IMG/VR virus record: IMGVR_UViG_3300049460_000312
Coordinates: 1-64,000 of that record
Reading direction: 5' to 3' (one strand)
DNA length: 64,000 bases
Positions 1-9,632 of this stretch are shown here, piece by piece; the stretch's first letter is position 1; each line of letters opens with the position of its first letter. Made by a program: the position numbers and the translations under genes. The notes beneath the pieces are model-generated. The model had not been told where the DNA came from and did no database searches. It saw nothing but the letters and a program-made list of their open reading frames with translations.

Positions 1-496
1 ATACCAACGACTCCACGCGAACCAGCAGGCGACGCCATACGTCAGGCTGAGACACCCCCTGAGCGACAGAAATGAAGTACGACATCCCGGTCAGTCGATG
101 CTTGTACTCAAACACGTCGGCATTGACACTGGCGATACGGTAGCCCTTCGGTTTGACCGTCAGTTCGCTATAGCCGAGCTTCGCGAAGTCTTCGCTTTTG
201 GGTTCCGAGATAAAGAACACCGGCAGCCAGTACGACTTGGGCGCGTCCAGTGCAGCTTCCTGCAGCGCCTTGGCGACAGTGGAGCGTCGCGTGCCGTTCT
301 TGCCACCACCAAAGAGGTAGAGGAAGTTGCGCCAGTAGCCGTGGGCGTCAGTCGACTGCTTCTTGGCGAAGCGCCGGTTCTTCGTGTCAATCAGCACCAG
401 CCAGCCATTAAGATGGTTGGTGCGCAGGAATTCGCTTGCTGTCTTACCACCGAAGAAGCGCGCCATACGCCGCTCCAGTTCTGTTTCCAGTTTCAT
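1..496 (-). CDS. Hypothetical protein, partial (runs off the left edge); member of the tandem degenerate GIY-YIG-like family
   Basis: Not in the ORF track. Hand translation from ATG at 496 (upstream GGAAAGAG) gives an open frame MKLETELERRMARFF...GWLVLIDTKNRRF...DVFEYKHRLTGMSYFI to the window edge. Confidence 0.8.
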   Translation of the reverse strand, partial: MKLETELERRMARFFGGKTASEFLRTNHLNGWLVLIDTKNRRFAKKQSTDAHGYWRNFLYLFGGGKNGTRRSTVAKALQEAALDAPKSYWLPVFFISEPKSEDFAKLGYSELTVKPKGYRIASVNADVFEYKHRLTGMSYFISVAQGVSQPDVWRRLLVRVESLV

Positions 497-597
497 GTTA
501 CGGTCTCTTTCCTTTGGTTAATCGAAGGCGCGTGGTGAAACGCCATCATAAAGGACCTCCGAGTAGAAACTCTACCCAGAGGTCCAGTGCTCGTGCT

Positions 598-927
598 TTA
601 ACGCTCTTCTTCGAGGATATCGATGTCGCCGTCGTCATCCTCTTCACTCACGTCGGGGAACTCGTCATCCCCCGGCACGTCCGCGCCAGCCAACGCCGGT
701 GCTTCTTCGAAGGTGCTCACGTCGATCGTGACTTCCGACTGGAAAATAGCCGGATTAAGGGTGCGCATCGCTTCGATGACTTCCTCCTCGCGATCCAGGT
801 GCGTCGGATGCGAGTTGTTGGTCACGTCGTCAAACCCGTGCGTGTTAAAGGTAGCCGCAACCAGCCGCGCAGCGAGGTCGCCATCGGCTTGGTCGTCGGC
901 GGTAATGTCAATAGAAAGTCTGCCCAT
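598..927 (-). CDS. Acidic hypothetical protein
   Basis: 109 aa ORF, very D/E-rich C-terminus, RBS-like GAGG upstream, same strand as neighbours. Confidence 0.7.
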   Translation of the reverse strand: MGRLSIDITADDQADGDLAARLVAATFNTHGFDDVTNNSHPTHLDREEEVIEAMRTLNPAIFQSEVTIDVSTFEEAPALAGADVPGDDEFPDVSEEDDDGDIDILEEER

Positions 928-1010
928 GATGCAGGTCCTCTCGAAAGTGGTTGTAAATCGAAGGGTTAGATTCCCGGCTTATATGCGTCGGGTAGAGAGA
1001 GGTGCTTGGT

Positions 1011-1550
1011 TTAAACCGAGCGAGGAAAAGGGAAGGCGAGGCACCAGACCTGAACTGCTGGACTCTGCTCGTCTCCGTCGAACAACTTCTTGACTGCTAG
1101 CAACTGATGCGGTGGCAGGGAAGGTGCCATCACACATGTGTCGTCAACCGGTGTCTTGCAACCGATTCTTGAGACAAACGCGTAGGTAGCAAAGGGCGCG
1201 GCTTCCTCCAGGAGAGCCTTGCCGCCAATCACGAACGTATGGGCCTTCTGACACTTGGCAAGCGCTTCCCCTAGGCTATTGACGACAGTCGCGCCCGGCG
1301 CCTCGTACCCGAGGTTGCTGGTCACCACGATGTTGTGGCGATCCGGTAAAGGCCGAGCTTTTACCGGGAGTGACTCCCAGGTCTTACGACCCATAATCAC
1401 GTCGCAGAACATCGTGGTGCTTTTGAAGTAGGCGAAATCGTGACTAGAACGCCAGGGAATCCCGCCGTCTTTACCTATCACACCGTTCTGATCAGTCGCG
1501 TAGATCAGATACACCAGCGGCTTCTTGACCAGCTCACTCAGCTTGATCAT
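1011..1550 (-). CDS. folA: Dihydrofolate reductase
   Basis: Motifs IYATDQNGVIG..GGIPW, DFAYFK..T, VIMGRKTWESLP..RPLPDRHNIVVT, FVIGG. Confidence 0.97.
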   Translation of the reverse strand: MIKLSELVKKPLVYLIYATDQNGVIGKDGGIPWRSSHDFAYFKSTTMFCDVIMGRKTWESLPVKARPLPDRHNIVVTSNLGYEAPGATVVNSLGEALAKCQKAHTFVIGGKALLEEAAPFATYAFVSRIGCKTPVDDTCVMAPSLPPHQLLAVKKLFDGDEQSPAVQVWCLAFPFPRSV

Positions 1551-2245
1551 ATTCCACCTGTGGGCTGTTGCGGAGGCTCAGTGCGGGCGGACGCCGACGG
1601 ACACACGGGGAAACTGCCGGCGGCACGGTCGGTCACATGATACCCGACGAGTGGCTGGCCGTTCAGGATCAACCCACTGCGCAGGAGTGTCTTCCGCGGA
1701 AAGGCACTATGAAACGCCTGGATGGTGCTGGAAAGTCGCTCCTCCAGTACTGTTTTCATCGCTGCATTGAAGTAGCCTTCACGCAGAGCTTCTTCCACAT
1801 TGCCTAGCGCCTGGCAAAGCTCGATCGCGCGCTGCCGCATGCCAGGCATCCCACCGTTCATATTCGTGAAGTGGAAATCGGCGGTGTTGGAATGCTTCTG
1901 CCCGTAAGTCGCTTTCGGGTACTGATTGCGCCAGTAGCCCGCGGTGCTTTCTTCATAGGCCACAAAGCCATGAAAGCGGGGCTCGGCATCGACGCCGTCA
2001 TGCTCGCCGTTAACCAGATAGTGTCCTTTAATCTCGACCTGATGAAAGACCACTTCTTTGAGCTGCAGATCGGCGCCGGGCTCCAAACCATAGAAGGCGC
2101 TGTGCGAGCGCAACATCCGTTCGGGTGTGGAGTCGCTCGTGTAGCAGAAAGTCACGAGATAGAGTTGCAGGCCGATATGAAAGCGAGCATTCACTTTCTT
2201 CGAGTCGTCGCCTTCGAATTGAGGCAGGGCGGGTTCGTGTGGCAT
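1547..2245 (-). CDS. Hypothetical phage protein
   Basis: 232 aa ORF, ATGA overlap with the DHFR start, AGGAAAGG upstream. Confidence 0.8.
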   Translation of the reverse strand: MPHEPALPQFEGDDSKKVNARFHIGLQLYLVTFCYTSDSTPERMLRSHSAFYGLEPGADLQLKEVVFHQVEIKGHYLVNGEHDGVDAEPRFHGFVAYEESTAGYWRNQYPKATYGQKHSNTADFHFTNMNGGMPGMRQRAIELCQALGNVEEALREGYFNAAMKTVLEERLSSTIQAFHSAFPRKTLLRSGLILNGQPLVGYHVTDRAAGSFPVCPSASARTEPPQQPTGGI

Positions 2246-2281
2246 GGTCGTACTTTTCCTTTCCTTTAAATGGCGAATTGG

Positions 2282-2995
2282 TTAGATATCGCCGGTGGTG
2301 GTTTTACGAACGAATTCCTTGACTGCTTCCAGGTTAAGAAAGGCCACATGGGCCGAGATATTGCGTGCACACACGCCATCGGGTACGGAGCAACGTGCCA
2401 CCCGGGCGGTGTTCTTGTCGAAGATACGGCTGGGGGTAAGCGTTTTGGACCGTAACGCCACGCGCATGGTTTCCCGGTCGGCCTCGTGTTCGGTGCTTTC
2501 GGTGCGCAGCCAGCGACCAAATTGCAGATTCGCTTTGGAAACCAGCTTTTCTTCCGGCGTACTCAGCGGCGCAGCAACATATCGCTCCACCTTGTTAAAA
2601 GGAGAATAAACCCGGAACACGCCGTGCTCTTCTTCCATGGCTTCGCCACGCCGGGTCGCGACGCGGACCTTACCCTGGCTCGCCAGCCAGTTTTCCACCA
2701 GACCACGGGACTGCATGGGCATGACAAAGAACTGGTACTGCGGATGTATGTTCAGCAAGCGCCGCAAGACCAACGCCAGGGCCTTGTAACGCTGGTAGGG
2801 TTTCTCGCGTACCACCAGTTCGTAGAACTCGATGTCGCCACTGGTCGAGGTGTAGTACTGGTTCGTCGCCGGATGGTAAATCAAGATCCCTTCCCAGGCT
2901 TTCGGAATCTCCCGTTCCGGTACACCGTTCACTATCTCCCGCAAGTAGTGACTGATTTGGGACGGGCGAGTGAGTTTCTCATATTCGACAATCAT
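2282..2995 (-). CDS. Hypothetical protein, tandem degenerate GIY-YIG-like family
   Basis: 237 aa; EGILIYHPATNQYY and GVFRVYSPFNKVERYV beta-hairpin-like motifs. Confidence 0.75.
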   Translation of the reverse strand: MIVEYEKLTRPSQISHYLREIVNGVPEREIPKAWEGILIYHPATNQYYTSTSGDIEFYELVVREKPYQRYKALALVLRRLLNIHPQYQFFVMPMQSRGLVENWLASQGKVRVATRRGEAMEEEHGVFRVYSPFNKVERYVAAPLSTPEEKLVSKANLQFGRWLRTESTEHEADRETMRVALRSKTLTPSRIFDKNTARVARCSVPDGVCARNISAHVAFLNLEAVKEFVRKTTTGDI

Positions 2996-3014
2996 GGCGG
3001 TTACTACTATCGTG

Positions 3015-3045
3015 CGGCATAGCCGGAGGGATTACCCCTCCGACC
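3015..3045 (-). terminator. Hairpin with TATGCCG tail
   Basis: Minus strand GGTCGGAGGG-GTAAT-CCCTCCGGCT then ATGCCG, just after the stop of 3058..4398. Confidence 0.65.
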
Positions 3046-3057
3046 ATTTACCGGGTT

Positions 3058-4398
3058 TTAGAACCGGAAGACTTCGTTGTCACTCAGCAGACGTTTCGTT
3101 GACGCCGTGATGACTTTGGAGATCTCCAGACCGAGCGAGTCGTACAGGCCCACCAGCAGCCGGGCAACTCGCATGCGCTGGTTCAGTTCCTTGGCGAGCA
3201 GGTTCTGGAAAGTATGAAGCGCGGTGAAGAACGCTTCAAACGAACCATGGCCGCGCGACAAAGCGATGAACGCATTACGCAGATACTTCGACGGCTGGAT
3301 CAGCCGGGTGTTGATGGTGGTGAGATGCAGGTCCAGTCCTTCGGCTTCGAGCGCTTGCTCGACGACCTTCAGGGTCTTCGACGGCAGGGAAGCCGCTAGC
3401 GCCCGAATCAGCCAGAGCGACAGGTAGTAGTGTTCCGGCCGGATAGTGCGGGCCACGTGCGCGTACTCCACCCGGGTCGGATACTCTCCTTTACGATGCG
3501 GCACCTCCACCAGTCGAGCCAGTGCCATCGCATCAAACTCGCGCACAACCTTATCGTACGCTTGGTTATGCGTTTGCGACTGCTCGCGCGTCACCGTGTA
3601 GTACAGCGCCAGCTCACGCAGCAGATTCTTCGCTTCGTTGGTCAGCCCCACGATGTCGTCAGTGATAATCATGCTGCGGTAGGTGCCGAACTCCGTACCC
3701 ATAATCAGGTTCACGAAGTTAAAGAGCAACTCCTCGCGCGTAACCTGATCGAGGCCGCGTACCGCTGCATCCACACGTCGGAACTCACTTTCCAGCTTGT
3801 CGACATCGAGTGCCCCGTGATAACCCCGAAACTTCTCGAACAACTCCGCCTCACCCACGAAGTTGTAGTGTCCCTCGCGGACCAGGTCGCGATACGGCTT
3901 GTTGGCATCCAGCGGTTTGCCCGGATGGAACAGGCGCGAGAGCTTGGACGGATGCGCTTCCTGTTTGCCGGAGAGGTCGACGTTCTCCGCATCCTGATAC
4001 CGTCCGAGGGCTTGCTTGACGCTATCAGTGACGTTCGGAGCGAAGTCGTCAGCGTCGAGGAGATCTTCCAGCTCCGCATCTTCACCCCGCATCTCAGCCG
4101 CGATCATTTTGGAAAACGCCCCGGCTAGCTTCTGGATGTCATCTTCGCTGGGCGTGTCATCATCTTCCTCGCGGGACGAAACCAGCGTCACTGCTTTGGG
4201 CTGCATCGCGGAGGGATGTTCCTCCTGCCCGCCGTTAGGTTCATCGCCCGCTTTGGGTGGTTGCTTTGCCATGGTTTCCTCCAAGAACGCGGCCACTTCT
4301 TTCGACGTCATTAAAGGCCGTCGATCAGTTTTGACGCGCTTCGATTTCGGTGGTTTCTTAGCCACAGGACTCTCCCTTTCAAGCGGACTGGTTTTCAT
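3058..4398 (-). CDS. Hypothetical helical protein, probable paralogue of 4420..5541
   Basis: 446 aa ORF; low-complexity N-terminus, helical C-terminus alignable by eye with the neighbour. Confidence 0.85.
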   Translation of the reverse strand: MKTSPLERESPVAKKPPKSKRVKTDRRPLMTSKEVAAFLEETMAKQPPKAGDEPNGGQEEHPSAMQPKAVTLVSSREEDDDTPSEDDIQKLAGAFSKMIAAEMRGEDAELEDLLDADDFAPNVTDSVKQALGRYQDAENVDLSGKQEAHPSKLSRLFHPGKPLDANKPYRDLVREGHYNFVGEAELFEKFRGYHGALDVDKLESEFRRVDAAVRGLDQVTREELLFNFVNLIMGTEFGTYRSMIITDDIVGLTNEAKNLLRELALYYTVTREQSQTHNQAYDKVVREFDAMALARLVEVPHRKGEYPTRVEYAHVARTIRPEHYYLSLWLIRALAASLPSKTLKVVEQALEAEGLDLHLTTINTRLIQPSKYLRNAFIALSRGHGSFEAFFTALHTFQNLLAKELNQRMRVARLLVGLYDSLGLEISKVITASTKRLLSDNEVFRF

Positions 4399-4419
4399 CA
4401 GTCCGTGCTACCTTGCTGC

Positions 4420-5541
4420 TTACCAGGGCGCATCCTGATCGTGGATACGTTCCTTGGATTCTTCGACCAGATGCTCGTACGTCATGCCGATACGGTTCAG
4501 GTACTGGAAGTACGCACCTAGATCGCTGACTTCAGCCATCAGCCAGGCACGCAGATCGTTGGACATCTCGACGATCGCTTCAAGCAGATCCGACAGGCGT
4601 TTGTCTTCGCGGATATAGCCCGCACTGACATCGCGCAGCTTGGCTGAGCTGCCGACCATCTTCGTCATCGCCTGGGTGCTTTGCTGCGGCCAGCGCGTCT
4701 TCGGAATGTAGTCGTACTGCACATTAGTCGGAATAGCGCTATTGAAGAAGTTGCGCAGTTGCTTGATGCGCTTGATGAGCTTCGCATCATCTTCGGGCGA
4801 CTGCCAGGCGAAATGCACCGGCACATCACCGGTCTTTGCCGGCAACAGCGGTGCGAGCAATTCTTCCTTGGTCGCGCCTTGCGTCCAGGGCTTGTAGAAC
4901 TGGAAGCGCTCGCGGATCATCGGCACAAACGAGACGATCGAATCGATGGCTTCGACTTCATCTTCGCTCAGCACTTCTGCCGCGACACTCTTTTGCATCG
5001 GAAAGCGCAGACCCGGACGATGTGTGGTGTAGTCAGTCATCCCGAACTGCTGGGCCGGTATCAACACGGTGTTGATGATGCGCTCGCGCGCGTCTTCGTC
5101 GAGGATCTCGTAGTCATCGTAAATCTTTTCGAGCTTACGGACCTTCTTGATCACGTCCTGCAGGCGCGTGCCCAGTGCCCAGCGTTCGACGATGGGTCCC
5201 AGACGGATCATCGTCATGCGATCGATCGCGGCGTCGAGGGCCATGTGGTTGAAGAACTGGAAATTCTTCAGCGTCACAGCACTGCTCTCGCCGTCCACCC
5301 CGTACGGTGACAGCTTCATCGCGTTGGTGAAGGTGTTGTAGCCTTCCTGGTCCTTGAAGCACTGGCGGGCCAGTTCGTTGGACTTGTCCATCAGCACTTT
5401 GGAATACGGAGCTTCGTACTCCGGATTCGTTTTGTACGGCTCGAACGCCGGAAGCACCGGCGCCTGACCGTCCGTAGCGACGGCGATCACAGTCGTCTTG
5501 GATTCATCTGCGGGCTTATCGTTTTTCGATTGTTTCGTCAT
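4420..5541 (-). CDS. Hypothetical helical protein, probable paralogue of 3058..4398
   Basis: ORF 4420..5577; likely start MTKQSK at 5541. Confidence 0.85.
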   Translation of the reverse strand: MTKQSKNDKPADESKTTVIAVATDGQAPVLPAFEPYKTNPEYEAPYSKVLMDKSNELARQCFKDQEGYNTFTNAMKLSPYGVDGESSAVTLKNFQFFNHMALDAAIDRMTMIRLGPIVERWALGTRLQDVIKKVRKLEKIYDDYEILDEDARERIINTVLIPAQQFGMTDYTTHRPGLRFPMQKSVAAEVLSEDEVEAIDSIVSFVPMIRERFQFYKPWTQGATKEELLAPLLPAKTGDVPVHFAWQSPEDDAKLIKRIKQLRNFFNSAIPTNVQYDYIPKTRWPQQSTQAMTKMVGSSAKLRDVSAGYIREDKRLSDLLEAIVEMSNDLRAWLMAEVSDLGAYFQYLNRIGMTYEHLVEESKERIHDQDAPW

Positions 5542-5613
5542 TTTGCTGCCTTGAGAGAAATTGATCATGATGCTCAATCCGGATATACTAATACAACGCT
5601 GCTCGCAGTAAAA

Positions 5614-6330
5614 TCAGGCTCTAGCAAGCAGGTTCTCTCGGTACTCCATGGAAAAACGGTGGTTGTCCAGTCCCGCGGCAGCCACCACTATTTTGCGTTT
5701 ACCGGCCTCGCCTGCCGTCGTGGATAGAATACAGAACTCAGTGAGCCTGTTATCCATCCACTGACGACTGGCTTCCGCGATCTGATTACAGCCGACGTAG
5801 TACGTCGTCAGATCGATAGAGTGACGGTTTAGCGCTGCATCCAGGGCATTGCGCCACTTATGCAGGAAATCGGCGATCAAGTTCTCGGGGGATTGTGGTC
5901 GAGCACTGGTGATCGTAAAGCCTCGCGCATACTTCGGATACGTCACCTGGTAGCCCCAGGTATCGGCTTCCGGATCGAGCCGGGAGCGGCGCGTGTTCAA
6001 ACTCTTGTAACGCCTGAGTAAGCTTTCCAGCTTTTCAGCCAATCCAGGGTACAAGCCGTCCGGACGAAAGTACACTGTCCAGTCGTCGATCTGGGAAGCT
6101 TCCAGCGCCGCTTTCAGATCCATAGCCCGATCAACGTAATAGCCTAACACCGCCTTACGGGCGGTTTCCAGGCAACGGTGAGCGTTGACGGTATGAAGCT
6201 GATAGCTCAAGCGATTGCGGGTTTGCACCAGCAGCAGATAACCCACCCGACTCCGGTGCAGGAAGTGCGCGGGATCGAGGCTAGGAATCTGCTGGAAACC
6301 CAGATCGATCAGTTGTTTTTTGAGTGACAT
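5614..6330 (-). CDS. Hypothetical protein, tandem degenerate GIY-YIG-like family
   Basis: 238 aa; VGYLLLVQTRNRLSY...LKAALEASQIDDWTVYF and WGYQVTYPKYARGFTI. Confidence 0.75.
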   Translation of the reverse strand: MSLKKQLIDLGFQQIPSLDPAHFLHRSRVGYLLLVQTRNRLSYQLHTVNAHRCLETARKAVLGYYVDRAMDLKAALEASQIDDWTVYFRPDGLYPGLAEKLESLLRRYKSLNTRRSRLDPEADTWGYQVTYPKYARGFTITSARPQSPENLIADFLHKWRNALDAALNRHSIDLTTYYVGCNQIAEASRQWMDNRLTEFCILSTTAGEAGKRKIVVAAAGLDNHRFSMEYRENLLARA

Positions 6331-6342
6331 GGATAAAAGGCA

Positions 6343-6870
6343 TTACGCGGCCTGCGCAATACCGGCCAGTTCAAAGACTTCTGCCGGATTTTGTCCGTCG
6401 CAGTAGATGAGTTGAAAGGCTGCGTCGACATCCCGCAGTTTGATGTCGGTGTCGGGCACCGCTTTCTTCAGCACCAGCATATGCCAGAGCGCTGCCGAGA
6501 ACGGCTTGCGACCTGATGCCATTGCAGTCAGAAATTCTGTTGCGTCTTCGTTGAACTGTCGACTCTTGGACTGAGTGAACAAATGCAACACGGCAGGCGA
6601 GCCGTTCACTGCTTCCTGATAGGCACGAGCGATCGCGACCAGATCAGTCATCTCATCGGCCGGACCGGAGAAGGTCATGTCGTCCACACAGCCGAAGCAG
6701 CTGCTGGTCGTTTTGACTTCCGTATCGCTGATGCTCACGATACGGCTGTTGTAGTGCAGCTCCGCATCGACGAAATACTGGAGCATTTTCTCTTTGGGCA
6801 CCTGCTGGTCCGCACAGACGCTTTTGTCACGACCATCAGAAAACGTTCGAGTGAAGTAATGGTGGATCAT
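6343..6870 (-). CDS. Hypothetical protein
   Basis: 175 aa ORF, AAGGAG RBS, downstream of an early-promoter-like motif. Confidence 0.85.
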   Translation of the reverse strand: MIHHYFTRTFSDGRDKSVCADQQVPKEKMLQYFVDAELHYNSRIVSISDTEVKTTSSCFGCVDDMTFSGPADEMTDLVAIARAYQEAVNGSPAVLHLFTQSKSRQFNEDATEFLTAMASGRKPFSAALWHMLVLKKAVPDTDIKLRDVDAAFQLIYCDGQNPAEVFELAGIAQAA

Positions 6871-6911
6871 TTCTTGTTCTCCTTATAGGTACACTGGATG
6901 TTGTTCAAGTG

Positions 6912-6934
6912 GTAATATGTTGCCAGCCAAAATT
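6912..6934 (-). promoter_or_regulatory. Putative early (virion RNAP) promoter
   Basis: Minus strand AATTTT-N9-CATATTAC, similar to the phiKZ early consensus TATATTAC; motif recurs 5 times in the window. Confidence 0.6.
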
Positions 6935-6942
6935 AGATTGCG

Positions 6943-6977
6943 AGCATAAAGGCCAGGGTTGCCCCCGGCCTTTATTT
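6943..6977. terminator. Intrinsic terminator hairpin with TTTATGC tail
   Basis: ATAAAGGCCAGGG-TTGC-CCCCGGCCTTTAT. Confidence 0.75.
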
Positions 6978-7210
6978 CAGAAGAAGCCGCAATTCTGAGT
7001 TTTGTCGAGCAATGACACAGCATCTTCGACGAGAAGCTCGGGATGCAGCTGATATGCAATCACCAAATGACGAATGTGGCGTTCAGTAGTCTCTTCGTCC
7101 CAGTGAGGTGCTGATGGAAAGCGCGCCATCACTATCCGTTTGGCCAGTTTCTCGAACTCTTCGTACGGAAACTGAACTGGTCTGAACGGCACCGACTTAG
7201 GGGAGCTCAT
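6977..7210 (-). CDS. Small hypothetical protein
   Basis: Within ORF 6977..7312; likely start at 7210, overlapping the TAXI gene stop. Confidence 0.55.
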   Translation of the reverse strand: MSSPKSVPFRPVQFPYEEFEKLAKRIVMARFPSAPHWDEETTERHIRHLVIAYQLHPELLVEDAVSLLDKTQNCGFF

Positions 7211-8126
7211 ACCAAGCCCAGCCGCCGTGGTTCGAAGCGTCGACTTCTTGCCACTTCGGATGCGTGCCCGTCTTGTCCTGGATATTGCCGAGCTTCGCGT
7301 CGAAACATGCACGCATGTTCTTCAGCTTGCCGATCATTTCCTGCGAACGGTAGACACGCGTCACGAGCAACGCTTGCGTCGCTACCGACTGCACCCCCGA
7401 GGCGTTCAGATTCTGATACGAGAGCTTCGCGGGGAAGTACAGCTTCGAGGCCGACAGCTTGGTCACGAGGTCTTGCGGAATCGGCAGAATCTTGAATGCA
7501 GGCGGGAGCGCCTTGACCAGACCATGCGGGGCACCGCCAACGACGAGGATCGCATCGAGGTCACCCGAGAGCAGTTTCGTCTTGAGCGTTTCATTGTCCG
7601 CCACCGGCAGCACTTTGAAACCGAGTCCCGAGTTCGCTGCCACGACATTGGCCGAAGCAATCGAGCCACCCACGGCGCCGACGTTACGACCCTTCAGATC
7701 AGCGAGCGTATTGAACGTTACCGCAGTGCCACCGACATTGAAACCGGCCACCGAGAGGCCGCCTTCCTTCTTGACGTCAGCGCGGGCAATGAAGTGCAGT
7801 TCTTCCGGATGGAGCGCGATCAGCGTCTTGATATTGGCGACCTTCGAGGCGTCGACACGGCGTTCGAATTCGAGCATGTCCGATTGCACGATCGCAGCAT
7901 TCACCTGATTGCCGATCAGCAGCGTCTTGTTGTCGATGCCGCCCTTCGTTTCGCGTTCGACCCAGTCGCCGTTGCCGCACATCTGGTTGAGTTCGCCGAA
8001 CATCACGCTGTACGTCGAGCCGCCTTTCTTGTCACCCGTGGCGACGATGATCTTCTCCTGCGCGACGGCATTCAAGCAGATTGCCACAGCGATCATCGCC
8101 AGGATGGATTTGAACAGATTTTTCAC
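7197..8126 (-). CDS. TAXI-family (TRAP) solute-binding protein with signal peptide
   Basis: Signal peptide MKNLFKSILAMIAVAICLNAVA; IVATG..GGSTY, ETKGGIDN..LL, AAIVQSD, ALHPEELHFIAR, TLADLKGRNVG are typical TAXI motifs. Confidence 0.88.
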   Translation of the reverse strand: MKNLFKSILAMIAVAICLNAVAQEKIIVATGDKKGGSTYSVMFGELNQMCGNGDWVERETKGGIDNKTLLIGNQVNAAIVQSDMLEFERRVDASKVANIKTLIALHPEELHFIARADVKKEGGLSVAGFNVGGTAVTFNTLADLKGRNVGAVGGSIASANVVAANSGLGFKVLPVADNETLKTKLLSGDLDAILVVGGAPHGLVKALPPAFKILPIPQDLVTKLSASKLYFPAKLSYQNLNASGVQSVATQALLVTRVYRSQEMIGKLKNMRACFDAKLGNIQDKTGTHPKWQEVDASNHGGWAWYELP

Positions 8127-8156
8127 TTCTTTTTCCTTCGAGTTATGGTGAGGTAA

Positions 8157-8315
8157 TTACAGCTTGAAATTCGAACTGCTGCCCGACTCGCTCGACGGCT
8201 GAGCTTCGGTTGCTGCAGGTGCAGCGTCCGTCGGCGCTGGTGACTTGTTGGTCACGAAGTACAGGGCGCCGAGGATGACGAACATCGCGACACCACCAAT
8301 GATACTGGCTTTCAT
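8157..8315 (-). CDS. Small single-pass membrane protein (52 aa)
   Basis: Below the ORF-track cutoff; MKASIIGGVAMFVILGALYFVTNKSPAPT...FKL; ATGA overlap with the upstream gene and AAGGAG RBS. Confidence 0.75.
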   Translation of the reverse strand: MKASIIGGVAMFVILGALYFVTNKSPAPTDAAPAATEAQPSSESGSSSNFKL

Positions 8316-9064
8316 GCGAGCTCCTTCACGGGTTCGAGAATACTGCCCAATTGCACACGGCCGTCCGGGGTGTACGTGACCTGGTGTGTCGACGTCGACG
8401 TTTTGATCTGTTCCTTCGCGTACGACTCATCGGTGAGCGCCATGCGCAGATGCGCCAGCGACTGGGCGTGCTCGCGATCGATCTTGTCGAAGGCGATCGA
8501 TTCCTTGAACTTGGCCATCACGTCACTGCCCGAGTTCAGTGCCTTGCCGGTTGCGTTACCCAGCTGCGCCAGCTCGTACTTGGCGATGTACTTGTCGACG
8601 TTGCGGCTGAACGCTGCATGCTTCTCGCGGGAGTCCTTGAACTGGTCGACACGGAATACGAGCAGCGCTTCGTATTCTTTCAGCGTCTGCATCGATTCTT
8701 CGGCTTCTTCCGGATACTGCTTGACGAGTTTCTTCGTCTTCTGACTGAAGAGTTCCACGGCGGCGACCTGTTGTTCCAGCATGCCACGTGCATCTTCCAG
8801 TGCTTGTGCCCGTTCCTGACGCTGGGCGATCAGGGTGGCGCAGGGATCACGCTCCACGACTTCCTTCACAGCCTTGTACTTCAGGTTCGTGAGCCACGTG
8901 GAAAAGGCTGGCTGCAAAGCCAGGGCGACACTGCCAACAACAAAGGCAGCGATCAGGCCAATCAACCCTTGAATGACCAGAAAGATCGTGGGGGCAACCA
9001 CAACCGCAACTCCTCCAGCGATCCCGACCTGTATCAGTCGTTTAAATCTTTGTTTTTTGTCCAT
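8312..9064 (-). CDS. Membrane-anchored coiled-coil protein, PspA/IM30-like
   Basis: Two N-terminal hydrophobic helices, then DP..TL......ALEDAR..L and a long coiled coil resembling PspA. Confidence 0.6.
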   Translation of the reverse strand: MDKKQRFKRLIQVGIAGGVAVVVAPTIFLVIQGLIGLIAAFVVGSVALALQPAFSTWLTNLKYKAVKEVVERDPCATLIAQRQERAQALEDARGMLEQQVAAVELFSQKTKKLVKQYPEEAEESMQTLKEYEALLVFRVDQFKDSREKHAAFSRNVDKYIAKYELAQLGNATGKALNSGSDVMAKFKESIAFDKIDREHAQSLAHLRMALTDESYAKEQIKTSTSTHQVTYTPDGRVQLGSILEPVKELA

Positions 9065-9230
9065 GATAACGGATGATAGGTTAGTGGATTGAGCGTACTC
9101 TACTCAAACCATCCCTGAGGTCTGTTAAAAACTAATACACCGGCAAAAAAAGAGAAGGTGCTGGCCGAAGCCAGCGCGACTCGGCACGGAGGAGTAGTGT
9201 GCCTTATCCCTTCTCAAAGGGAGAACGGTA

Positions 9231-9596
9231 TTACACTTGCGGGTCAATCAGAAACTTCAAGCCCGGCGTACGCATGGCTTCTTCCAGGGTCATGTTCGTA
9301 TTGACACCCATCGAACGCAGCACGCGCCACATCTCGCCACGCTCCACCTCTTCTTCCGTGGCTGCATCATCTACCCACTTTTCTACTACCGTCTCAACCG
9401 TGACTTTGGTGCCAAACACCACACGCCCATTACAGTGCTCACAGTTCACCTGACGCATCGGGTCGATCAGACGTTCGATCACTTCTTCTGGTGCACTGGC
9501 GAGCGAGTAGATGCGGTAGGTGCCAACAGCGCCGACCTGTTCGGTCGTTTCACGATTGCAATGCGGGCAATCAAACTTGACGGTATCGTAAGCCAC
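9231..9596 (-). CDS. Zn-ribbon protein
   Basis: CPHC and CEHC pairs; GTG start with AGGAG RBS. Confidence 0.8.
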   Translation of the reverse strand: MAYDTVKFDCPHCNRETTEQVGAVGTYRIYSLASAPEEVIERLIDPMRQVNCEHCNGRVVFGTKVTVETVVEKWVDDAATEEEVERGEMWRVLRSMGVNTNMTLEEAMRTPGLKFLIDPQV

Positions 9597-9632
9597 ATTT
9601 TCTCCTAAAGGGTGTATAACAGGTACGACGTC

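Noticed and set aside
98-538. 146 aa plus-strand ORF in the track
   Set aside because: The real gene appears to be the unlisted minus-strand frame 1..496, which has an RBS-like element and paralogues
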